From Ranitomeya imitator (Eukaryota), in contig NC_091287.1 in assembly GCF_032444005.1 (NCBI RefSeq), positions 221,340,001 through 221,404,000 on the forward strand: DNA of 64,000 bases, read 5' to 3'. Both the position numbers and the translations under genes were made by a program. The notes under the pieces were generated by a model. That model saw only the letters and a program-made list of their open reading frames with translations, searched no databases and was not told where the DNA came from. Shown here in pieces: positions 1 through 9,999 of the stretch (position 1 is its first letter; every line of letters begins with the position of its first letter).

Positions 1-590
1 ACTGCTGGGATTAACATGGTGAATAAAAGCATCGCTGAACTCAGAAGTCATCTGGATAGGCTGCATTCAGATGCAACTCACTCGCCAAATAATCTTTTTT
101 TAATCGATGCTCGTGAGCATGGAAAAGGTACCTCTTGACCAGCAGATGCAAGTAATGCAAGGCTGCCATGTTGCTCTAGCGCAGGCCATCGCCCAACTCC
201 CCCCGTAGTTGCTCCCACACCTCTCCACACAGCTACTGTCTCTCCTACCAACCCTTCCAATACCAAAATCCTTGTTGTTTCCAAAATCCTTCCCAATTCC
301 CAACCCAGACCCAATTCCCAACCCAGTCCCAAATCCCAACCCAGTCCCAATTTCAAATGTCCTCCCCACTGTTTCCTTCCCCGTTAAATTTTCCTTCCCC
401 GTATAATGTTCCACCTACCCCAACACCACCCCCTGCCCAACCTGTCCTCCCTGCTCAGCCTCATGTTTCCCCCCCCCCTTCCACTACAGATCAACCCCAA
501 CCCAGTAGGCTTTCCCCCACTATCGACGTGGTCCAACATTCCAGCTCCTCCGTTAGTATCTCCACCCCACATTTTACAGATTTATAAAGA
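1..590 (+). pseudogene. C-terminal fragment of a Harbinger MADF/Myb-like partner ORF (BESS-like helix, then Pro-rich tail), frameshifted
   Basis: Manual translation gives ...RLHSDATHSPNNLF / SMLVSMEKVPLDQQMQVMQGCHVALAQAI, then Pro-rich sequence. It is convergent with the Harbinger transposase at 905-1802. Confidence 0.55.
289..352. repeat. C-rich hexamer repeat (CCCAAY/CCCAGW)
   Basis: cccaattcccaacccagacccaattcccaacccagtcccaaatcccaacccagtcccaatt. Confidence 0.8.
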
Positions 591-904
591 AATACAATTT
601 TTCAATTGAAATAAAATTTTTCTGTTGAAAACTATTAATAACTTTTTTTTTTAATGTGGTTAATAAAAATTTGGTTTTGTTTAAAAACAATTATATTGTC
701 AAGTGCCTTCATTTAACTATGTAGTAAGAAAAAAAGGTACAAAAACATAACACAAGTTGTAAAGGTATAACAGGTTTGGTTTATTACAAAACATACCAAA
801 CTTTAGGGAAAGATGTAAAACTTGGTGTCAAGAAAATCAGAAGAGTGACTTTGGCAATAATTTTTCTGTAAATAGCAAAACAGACATTACATAAAATACA
901 CAAC

Positions 905-1802
905 TCAAACAATGTCATCTTGCCATGGAACTCTGCCTTGAGCCGTCATAAAATAATCGGCGAATTTGTCCCTCATTCTTGAAATCGCAACTGCGCTACA
1001 AAAATATATATTTTGATAGTCCCACAAGGTGGTTTCCGACTCCTCTTCCTCCATGGCAACCGGTTCCTTGGAAATGATGAAATTATGCAGCATCACACAT
1101 GCCTACATGCCTTGACCACCTCATCCACAGTTTCACTTAACAGCACTCGCCATTTTGCCATTAAAATCCCAAAGGTGCCCTCCACCACTCGTCTGGCTCT
1201 AGTTAACCAATAGTTCTTTTACTTCTGGTCAATCCACTACTGGAATATGGTTTTAGCAGGTGTGTTGAAAGCTGGAATGCCTCATCACCAACACACACGA
1301 ATGGCATTGGTGGGCCAGGTGTTCCAGGGAGTGGTCTTGGCGGTGGAAACTGATAAGTGTCTCCGTATAAACAACGGCCCATAGGAGACGTTTTAAACAC
1401 CTGGCAATCATTTGAGCGGCCATAGGCTTCAATATCCACCGCAATAAATTTACAATGAGCATCCGCTATGGCCATCAGCACTATAGAAAAGTATTTTTTG
1501 TAATTGTAGTATTCTGATCCCGATCCTGCAGGTTTAGCAATCCGTATATGCTTGCCATCCACGGCGCCCAAGCAATTTGGGAAATGACAAAGCTTTTCAA
1601 AATTATCGGCACTCTCCAGCCACATGTCCATTGTTGGATTTGGTATGAACTCCTCGTGCAAACAATCCCACAGTGCTCGGCAGGTCTGTTTCACAATGCC
1701 AGAGATTGTTGAGATTTCCAGGCGAAATTGGTAATGAAGTGACGTAAGAGTGAAATCGCAACATGCAGCAAATTTACTTGTATATCGGATGAGTCTTGCC
1801 AA
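905..1802 (-). pseudogene. PIF/Harbinger DDE transposase (HARBI1-like), frameshifted near 1200
   Basis: FPNCLGAVDGKHIRI, YYNYKKYFSIVLMAIADA, VGDEAF and C-terminal LHNF...RDKFADYF...VPWQ motifs in ORFs 1203-1802 and 905-1096. Confidence 0.92.
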
Positions 1803-1991
1803 TGCAAATCTATGGGTGCGAGAAAAAAATCAGACACCACAAAGACCATCAGTGTGACTTGTGAGAAATACGCAAGCATATTCCAGGTGACAGGAAATTG
1901 CCTCATCCATTATCAGGAAGCTTTGGCATGCAAATTTCCCTGGCAACCTCTATAAAAAGCACGGAACACACCTCCACGGAGTCCAGCAGAA

Positions 1992-3229
1992 ATGTTGATA
2001 GTCCTGGTGCAGGAGAGGCGAGAACTTTGGGACCAATGAGATGCACATTATTCGGACCACGCATGAAAGGATGCAGAATGGAAGTGAATATGCAGCCAAA
2101 TATTCACCAATTATGAGGCAAAACCTTGTGAGGTGCAGCAGGAAATTAGTAAGTACAATCATAAAAAAAATCAGACAACTGAAACAAGAAATGACCATAA
2201 CATCATCATACTGTATGTGATGTTGTTGGTAATATGCTGCATATTTCACACTTTACAGTTGTAACCTACATTTGGCAATGCAAACACTGTGATCAAAATT
2301 TTAATCAATTATTGTGTTACTTTGCAGTGTCTGATGTAACTAGACGTTGGTGCAGCTGCCGTGACCAGTACCGCCGTGAGCGCCAGCAGTGAGCCAGGAG
2401 TGATGCTGAGGGCACACAAAAAAGAAAATACATTTATTATGACCGATTAAATTTTCCGGCTCCCGTTATGGATCTACGTCCGTAAATTCATGCCTGACCC
2501 CATATTTTACAAATGGCCTTACGGCCCAATCTTAGTTTATTTTTAATTTTTTTGTTTGTGCTCAAAAACAGAACAGAATCCAACCTAACCAAACCGGAAA
2601 CTGCTTCGGACTCCAAGGTCAACGTCGACCCTGATGGTGAAGCTGAAGGAGTGGATGGACCATCTTTGGCAGCATCATCAAGAAACCAACCACCACCAGG
2701 GCCTTCTGCAGGACGAGAGGCCAATCAAGAAGATGAGGACAGAGGTCACAGTAGTAGTCCAACAGTACCCCTGGATATTTCACCCCAGACTGTAGCCATC
2801 GCACATCGTGACCGGCGCAGGAGGGTGCTTGACGCCACCTATACCCAGCGCCAAGTGGACACTGGGGTTTTGGACTATCTTTCACGCACTGTGAATGATG
2901 ACGGTGAGGAGGCATATTCACAGAGTCTTGCACGCTATCTGTGCCCAATTCCCCGTGAGGTGAGGCTGCGGGCCAGAGGTGCCATACAAATTTTAATTGA
3001 TGCATGTACCCCACCAAATAATCCAAACCCGGTATTTTTATACCTAGAAAGATGGCAGTTGTCCAGCGTCAACCAATTTCAAATGCCTGGAAACCAGGAT
3101 GAGCAGGCACTATCCATCGCTGAACCACCTCCCACATGGATGCCATCACCACAGCCACATCAAGCCCCAAACCAACACCTTCCACAACATGTGCAATTCC
3201 CTGCTCCAGCTATGGCAGGAGGTCTCTAG
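1992..3229 (+). pseudogene. Three-exon MADF-domain gene (Harbinger accessory protein) with in-frame stops
   Basis: Exon 1 1992-2148 (MLIVLVQERRELWDQ*DAHYSDH...W..IC), donor GTAAGT at 2149. Exon 2 2328-2481 (RRWCSCRDQYRRE...KRKYIYYDRLNF..PVMDLRP), donor at 2482. Exon 3 from 2572 (TESNL...; ORF 2513-3229). Junction phases match. Confidence 0.85.
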
Positions 3230-3900
3230 GTCCTGTCAGCAGCACTCTTTGGATCTTTGTGACATTCAGATAAAGTTTGTCCGATTATTTGCCTTACCTA
3301 TCTATTTGGGCTGTCTCATGACTTGGCACTCATATGCCTTATTGGTACATTCATGCCACAAATATTTGTACAGTTTTATTATATATTATCAATAGTGGAT
3401 AGAAAAGACATTTATTATGTTCATGTCATCTGCAGCAGTGCTCGCTTTTCTTCTTTTTTGGCATTTTTGAATAAACAGACATGATTTGTCCAACATTAGC
3501 TTTAAATTAAGCAACAGCACCATCTTGTGGTAAATTGATAAATTACAGTGACACTAACATGATGCTTTTTTGCACATATTTGCTTTGACTTTTTGCACTA
3601 AGCACTTTATTTTGTTGCTGTTTACAATATTATTATACATATATTTTTATGGAAATCTAGCTAAGATACATTGTTATCAATTGTGGACAATATTTATGTT
3701 TTTTGTCATATAAACAATATAGCAGGGATATTTGTAGAGTAGCCTCCACTTTTCTAGTTACCTTTGTTCCTGAATTTTTTTATTTTTTTAATGAATTAAT
3801 AAAAATTTCAATGCTTTATATGAATCTTTTAGGTCACTTCAATTCATTTTTTACACTCAAGGGAAATATTTGATGGGGTGTACACAAATAAGGTGGTTAA

Positions 3901-4280
3901 ATTTAATTGATGCATGTACCCCACCAAATAATCCAAACCCGGTATTTTCGTACCCAGAAAGATGGCAGTTGTCCAGCACCAACCAACTTCAAATGCCTGG
4001 AATTCATTATGAGCAAGCACTATCAGTCGCTGAACCACCTCACACATGGATGCCATCACCACAGCCACATCAAGCTCCAAACCAACACTGCCCACAACAT
4101 GTGTAATTCCCTGCTCCAGCTGCACCTTCCCAATATGGCCACTTGAACATACCCACTGTAGGTGAGTGGTCGCAACATGTGTATGCTCAACATGGCCATT
4201 TTGGGGGGTATCCACAAATGGGCCACGGCAATAAACAGGATTATGTAAATCCGTACCAAAGTGCCCAGTACCATGCTACC
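3901..4280 (+). pseudogene. Second, diverged copy of the MADF exon-3 3' part, with a different continuation
   Basis: tttaattgatgcatgtaccccaccaaataatccaaacccggtatttt...ccctgctccagct is repeated at ~2992-3211 and ~3902-4121. Confidence 0.85.
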
Positions 4281-4636
4281 TGTAATGAATGGAGGTGGAG
4301 ACCCAGATGTCGAAGTGCACATTCGCTTAATGCAATTTTCATGAAACCACAGGACCACAATTCGGGGGGCTACGAAGGGGGCGTAACTATGCGAACCCCT
4401 GACACTTGTTGTAATTGTTGGTAACTAATAAAAATTGATGAATATTTATGGACATGAACTCCGATTTTTCATGGTTATCTCTGTCCTGTGGAGTGTCCGA
4501 TCTATAATTGTGTTTCTCCCTGGGAGGCTCCCCCACTAGGGCTGTGAGCATGGTAGAGAAATCTGTTAAACATTTCAATTTGGTCTTTTTCTGTTATGCT
4601 ATTATCTGTGTTTTCACAGTAACCAAATTTGAAGAA

Positions 4637-7600
4637 ATGGACTTTCGTGAACGCGAAAAAGCGCGGCTAAACCAGCTTGACCAAGTTTTTAATGAGGGTG
4701 CTGGTAGCACAGCTGATTTTAGATCCGGAGACACTAGTACTCTTACCAACAAATATAAGGAACTACTCCACAGACGTACACGTCTGTGGTGGAATAAAGC
4801 TTTCCTTGAGCGGTATATGGGATGCGACTTGGTCCCTAGGGGTTTACGGGTACAAGTGTTCCCATCCTTTGTGGTAAATGATAATGATTTTATTCAACAA
4901 TGGGAAGATGCGGCATCTGCATGTTCAAAAAAATTCATGGAACTACTGGCCAAACATAATGAAAAACAGCTGAAAGAATTAGATGATGAATTGAATGTAA
5001 TACAAGAAGAAATTAATAAATACTTGACGGGTGAAGCAAAAACCAAATTTAAAGATGAAATGGATTCGTCTCTAAAGAAATGGGAGACAGAAGTAGTACA
5101 AAACAAAACGAAAAAATACCAGCGAGATGTAACCGACCGACAACAAGGTCATGTATATAAATGGTATAATAGACGTACATTTAACAAGTCAGTCCCCAGA
5201 GGTCGGTCTATTTCTTTCTCCTCTGTATCCTCGGCTGAGGAAAGAGTACCAAGAGCTGACAATAGTAGACCATTTTGGACCAAAAAAGATCAGGAGAGAA
5301 ATGAGTGGAGAAATGGACGATTAAGAAATAAGCGTAAAATGGATATATCTCCTGTGAAGAATAAAAAAATGAAATCTAATTTATTGGAGGTAATCAATTT
5401 ATCCACTCATATTCTCTCTGAACCACAGAAGGAGGTGTTGGGTCTGGGTTTGTCTTTTTCCCCATGCAATTATTTTGACTTCTTCGTAGCATTGAAGGAC
5501 CTGCACCTATTTGCCCGGAAGATCATCCTCAAAAGACTCCACCTACGCTCCTCAGGATATGCCGATATCAAGGATCCCATTGAATTGGAAACCCTAAGGG
5601 ATCTTGAAGAGTTGGAACGAGAGTCCCTTGTCATGGGGGTAAGTGCCTCTCCACCTCACATTTCAGCCAGATGTACCACCTTTCCTCCCTTGTCTCTCTG
5701 TCCACAGGTGGAAATTTTTACCAAATTGGTGGCAGAGGATCTCAGCAAAATTAGCAATTACAAGAAAAGAGATAATCTCACACCCAAGCAGAGAGAGGCT
5801 CTGCAAGAAATTAAGATGTGGGATGATGTGGTTGTTAAACCAGCAGACAAGGGGGGAAATGTGGTCATCTGGCCAGTGGAGAGGTACGAAAAGGAAGCTT
5901 TTAGGCAGCTGAGGAATAGAGATACATATACCCCTCTAACACAAAATCCTCTATCTACTTTTCAGAAACAACTTCAAATGATTCTAGAAATAGCCTGTGA
6001 AAGAGGTATCATCAATAAAAAAACTTTGGGTGGTCTACTTACCCAGTGCCCGGTGATACCCACCTTTTACTTACTCCCCAAGGTCCACGAAGACCTCCTC
6101 TCTCCGCCAGGGCGTCCGATTGTCTCTGGCATAGGAGGGCTATGCGATACAACATGTAAATTTATTGAATACTATCTAAAACCACAGGTAGAAACGCTGC
6201 CCTCTTATGTCAGGGACACTACGGACGTCCTGCGTCGGGTAGATGGTCTTATCGTGGAGGAAAATATGCTTTTGGTTACGGCTGATGTCGAACAATTATA
6301 TACGAGTATTCGACATGTGGATGGGTTGAGAGCCTCAAGGTTCTTCCTGGAGGCAAGTAACCTGGACCCTGACTTACGTGAGCTGGTGTTGGAGCTGTTG
6401 GAATTCATCCTGACGCATAATTTTTTTATTTTTAAAGATCGTTTTTTTTCTCCAGCGGCAGGGCACTGCCATGGGGGCGGCCTGTGCGCCGTCCTATGCA
6501 AATTTATTTTTAGGCTTTTGGGAGCGTGAGATTTTTCAGGGTGGCGCACAGCCCGCCCCCTCTGTCCACCAAATCCTTGGTTGGTACAGATATATTGATG
6601 ATATCTTATTCATATGGCAGGGCCCTGCCCTGGAGTTACATGACTTTATGGTGGGATTGAATGATAACGGCTCCAACATCAAGCTCACCTATACGTACCA
6701 TCATAATGAAATTTCATTTTTAGACATCACACTAAGGGTCCAAGGAAGTGGCGAAATTTACACTGATATGTACAGAAAAGAAACCTCTGTAAATGCGCTT
6801 CTTCATTCTTCCTCCTCTCATCCACCCTCCACGATAAGAGCCATCCCCATAGGGCTCGAAGGATCTGTGCCTCTGACACCTTGTTTGAGAGGCAGGCTGT
6901 GGACCTTGGGGAACGCTTTCACCAACGTGGGTATAGTAGACGGACCATAAAGAGGGGGTATATAAGAGCAAAACAAACATGCAGAAATGATCTTTTAGGT
7001 GACAGCAATAAAGCTAGAGGAAAAACTGGGGATAACCAACCTAGATTTATATCCACCTTCAACCATAGGTGGGACGAGATGAGATGCGTTTTGAACAAAC
7101 ACTGGCCCGTCCTTAAAACTGACCCCTTACTCAGGAATTGTCTTTCTGAACGACCTCTAATGACATCACGCCGTAGTAACAACATCAAAGACATACTTGT
7201 ACACAGTCACTACGTGGCAAAGAAACATGATCCGTTTAAAGCAGGAAAACCAAAAAATGGTTTCTTTCCATGTGGTGACTGCATGGCCTGCAGAAATATG
7301 GTTAGATCTTCCACCTTTAGCTCATCTGATGGCAAGCGTGAGTTTAAAATAATGGATCATATCACATGTAGTACGACTTATGTCGTCTATTTTGCGATAT
7401 GTACATGTAAGCTCATTTATATTGGTTTAACATCTAGAGAGCTGCGAATCCGTGTACGTGAACACGTACGAGATATTAAGGCGGCAAGCGAGGTGGAAGA
7501 TGTGGAGAATTTAAAACCTATCCCGAAACATTTTCGGAAGTGCCATAACTGCAACCCTAAAGATCTCAAAGTATGGGGAATCGAGAGGATTCACATGGGG

Positions 7601-7720
7601 ATAAGAGGTGGTGATGCCAAACGGAAATTGGCTCAAAGAGAATGCCGCTGGATCACAGTGTTGAATACACTTGCTCCAGCGGGTCTCAATGAGCAATTGA
7701 GTTTTAGTTCCTTTTTGTAG
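4637..7720 (+). pseudogene. PLE polyprotein: N-terminal extension, reverse transcriptase, Cys linker, GIY-YIG endonuclease; two frameshifts
   Basis: MDFRE start after acceptor ttttcacag (AG at 4618-19). Motifs KPADKGG, TADVEQLYTSI, QGTAMG, RYIDD, PCGDCMAC, VVYFAIC..IYIG..R..EH. Lesions: T8 run at 6442-6449 (+1) and a short deletion near 6853. Confidence 0.95.
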
Positions 7721-8539
7721 AACATGTCTTCGGTTTTTACTTGTTTTGTATTTGGTGTTGTTTTGTGTTTTTGTACGTTTCTAATAATTCTTTTTCTTTC
7801 TGTATTCATTATAGTGTTTTGCTCTAACTATACTTACCACGGGGCTGGTTCCTCGGTTAAGTCAGGATTATGTTGTCACGGTGAAGCGTATCTTCTGGGA
7901 TGCAGCGTCTTCAATCATGCTGAAGCTTCTCTGTTGGTGTTCATGAACTGACGGCAGCTATGGAAAAATGGAGATAGACAGATACATCCCTGATTTTTTG
8001 TATAAGCATTTTATTATTATTATTGTGCTGCTATTAGCATTTTTGAATGTATATTTATGGGTGTGTTCACTTTTTGTGTCCCACATAGATTGATATTTTT
8101 GAGACATACTGATAATTTATTCAATTTTAAGTATAACAAAACACAAATATATGCTGGAGTAGTTGTGTTGTATGATTATTGATTATAGCTCTAGCGTTAT
8201 TATGTTTATCTTTAGTGATCTTGTAGTAATTTTTTCCCCCTTTTCCCCTTATTTTTTATTTTTTATTTTATCACTGTGTACAGGTATGAAATAATGGTAT
8301 TACACATATACTATAGTCATTTCTTCTATGACTGTCACTTTAACCTGATTGGGTATTACACTATTCACTTATTGGCACTAATTGGAAGTAAGCCACTTCA
8401 GTGGATTAACCTTCTTATCCGTAATGTAGTAGCTGGCTCTTGTGTGTGTGGAGTCTGTTAAACACCGCCCCCTTCTTCTCCGTGACGACATGACTGGTAG
8501 TCTAGACGTTTCAGCCCACAGTGCGCATGTCCGCTTGCG

Positions 8540-8730
8540 TCCGGATTGTGGGACATTGTAGGCGGCGCCGTGTAATGACGCGTGCGGTTCAGTGACGCCA
8601 TTTCCAGCGGAACTGACCGCGGCGCCATTTTGGAGGCCGCCCGGGATGTAATTACCGGCCGGACGGGCGGTGACATGCGCCGCATCATGTGGGCTTAATG
8701 CCGTTAATTAGAGCAGCCTTTAAAAAACAC
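8540..8730 (+). promoter_or_regulatory. Putative internal Pol II promoter of the PLE (CpG-rich, YY1-like, TATA-like)
   Basis: CpG-dense block, gcgccattttg, and tttaaaaa at ~8719-8726 about 30 nt upstream of the ribozyme. The same layout occurs in the PLE at 34203-35003 and 40117-40918. Confidence 0.5.
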
Positions 8731-8753
8731 ACTTAGGACATGTAGCAGCACCG

Positions 8754-8789
8754 CCCCCTGACGAAGCTGACGCGAAACGCGCGTTGGGG
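8754..8789 (+). ncRNA. Minimal type I hammerhead ribozyme
   Basis: CCCC-CUGACGA-A-GC(UGAC)GC-GAAA-C(GCGC)GUU-GGGG. Complete core, three stems, palindromic stem III, predicted cleavage after GUU at 8785. Confidence 0.88.
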
Positions 8790-9999
8790 CCACTGCATGG
8801 AGCATCCTAACTGCCATCATCTGGGTAAGGTTTTTGGGCGAACTTTTATGTATATACATACTTTGATTAGAGGTCCTCTGAGCCTTTGCGCATGGCTCAG
8901 CGTACTTGGATACAGCACTTGATATGATTCATTATGGAAGCATTATAGTGCTTCGATCCTAAGCCCAGTTACTAGTTGCACTATGCACTTTAGGAAAGTA
9001 TTTTTGGCTTTAGGTATATCCACGCAGTGTTTTTCCATCTTTTTGCTACCATCATCCCTCTTATTTTTGTCTTATGTTTTATATGTATAGTCAAATATGA
9101 TGTGTCAATATCAGTATATTGTGGTTGTAATTGTTGGTAACTAATAAAAATTGATGAATATTTATGGACATGAACTCCGATTTTTCATGGTTATCTGTCC
9201 TGTGGAGTGTCCGATCTATAATTGTGTTTCTCCCTGGGAGGCTCCCCCACTAGGGCTGTGAGCATGGTAGAGAAATCTGTTAAACATTTCAATTTTGTTT
9301 TTTTCTGTTCTGTGAACCCCTGACACTTGTAGCAGGGCCCCTCAGACAGGGCAAGGTTGGAATGCCCAAGGGACACAAGGTGCTACCTCCATTCACACCC
9401 CGAACACGTGGAAGCTGACCCTACGGGACAGGTGGCCTGACAGGAACTGCAGGAGATGGAGACTTTGGAAGAATGGAAGACAGCTGGAACAGGTGGCTGG
9501 CAGAGGCTGGTGAGAACCGGAGCAGAGGGTACTGGCGTTAGTCCAGAGAGGTGAAGAAAGGCTCGGCTGGTACTCTGGGAAGACAAACCAGAATTAGCAA
9601 CGTACTTGTAGAATACAGGAACAAGGGACCTGGACTTAGCAACAGGAAACACACATTGCTCAGGCATCTCTCTTAGGACAGAGGTGCGTAAAATAATAAG
9701 AATCACACAGCCATTGGTTGAAGCACTTTTTGGAATTAGCGCGCTGTCTCTTTAAGAGACCAGGAGCACGCATGCGCCCTCAGAACCATTCCAGGATGCC
9801 TGCGGGGAGCGCGCAACATCCAGGAAGCAGGAGCAGGAGGAGGACATGTGGGACAATGGCCGGAGGCTTCACAGGGTCGGCACGTCTGCCGGCCCCGAGG
9901 TGAGAGGAGGGCATCGGGGAACGGCCCGAGAGCAGGGAGCACGGCGGCATCCCGGCAAGGATACCAACGCTACAGTACCGCCCCCTTTATGCCCCCTCT

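Larger units (their letters stand above)
4410..9313 (+). mobile_element. Penelope-like element (Neptune-type), near full length, with pLTR direct repeats
   Basis: Direct repeats at ~4410-4595 and ~9126-9309. TSD gaacccctgacacttgt at 4393-4409 and 9314-9330. RT plus GIY-YIG ORF between them. Confidence 0.95.

Noticed and set aside
905-1802. Possible domesticated host genes (HARBI1, NAIF1/MSANTD, ZBED4/6, RTL1/PEG10)
   Set aside because: The similar ORFs are frameshifted or sit within TIR/LTR-bounded elements, so they are transposon copies. No gene symbols assigned.
4508-4636. Hydrophobic N-terminal extensions of PLE ORFs shown in the track (also 40073-40168 and 2513-2571)
   Set aside because: These are intron or polypyrimidine sequences upstream of splice acceptors, read in frame from alternative start codons. 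Not signal or transmembrane peptides.
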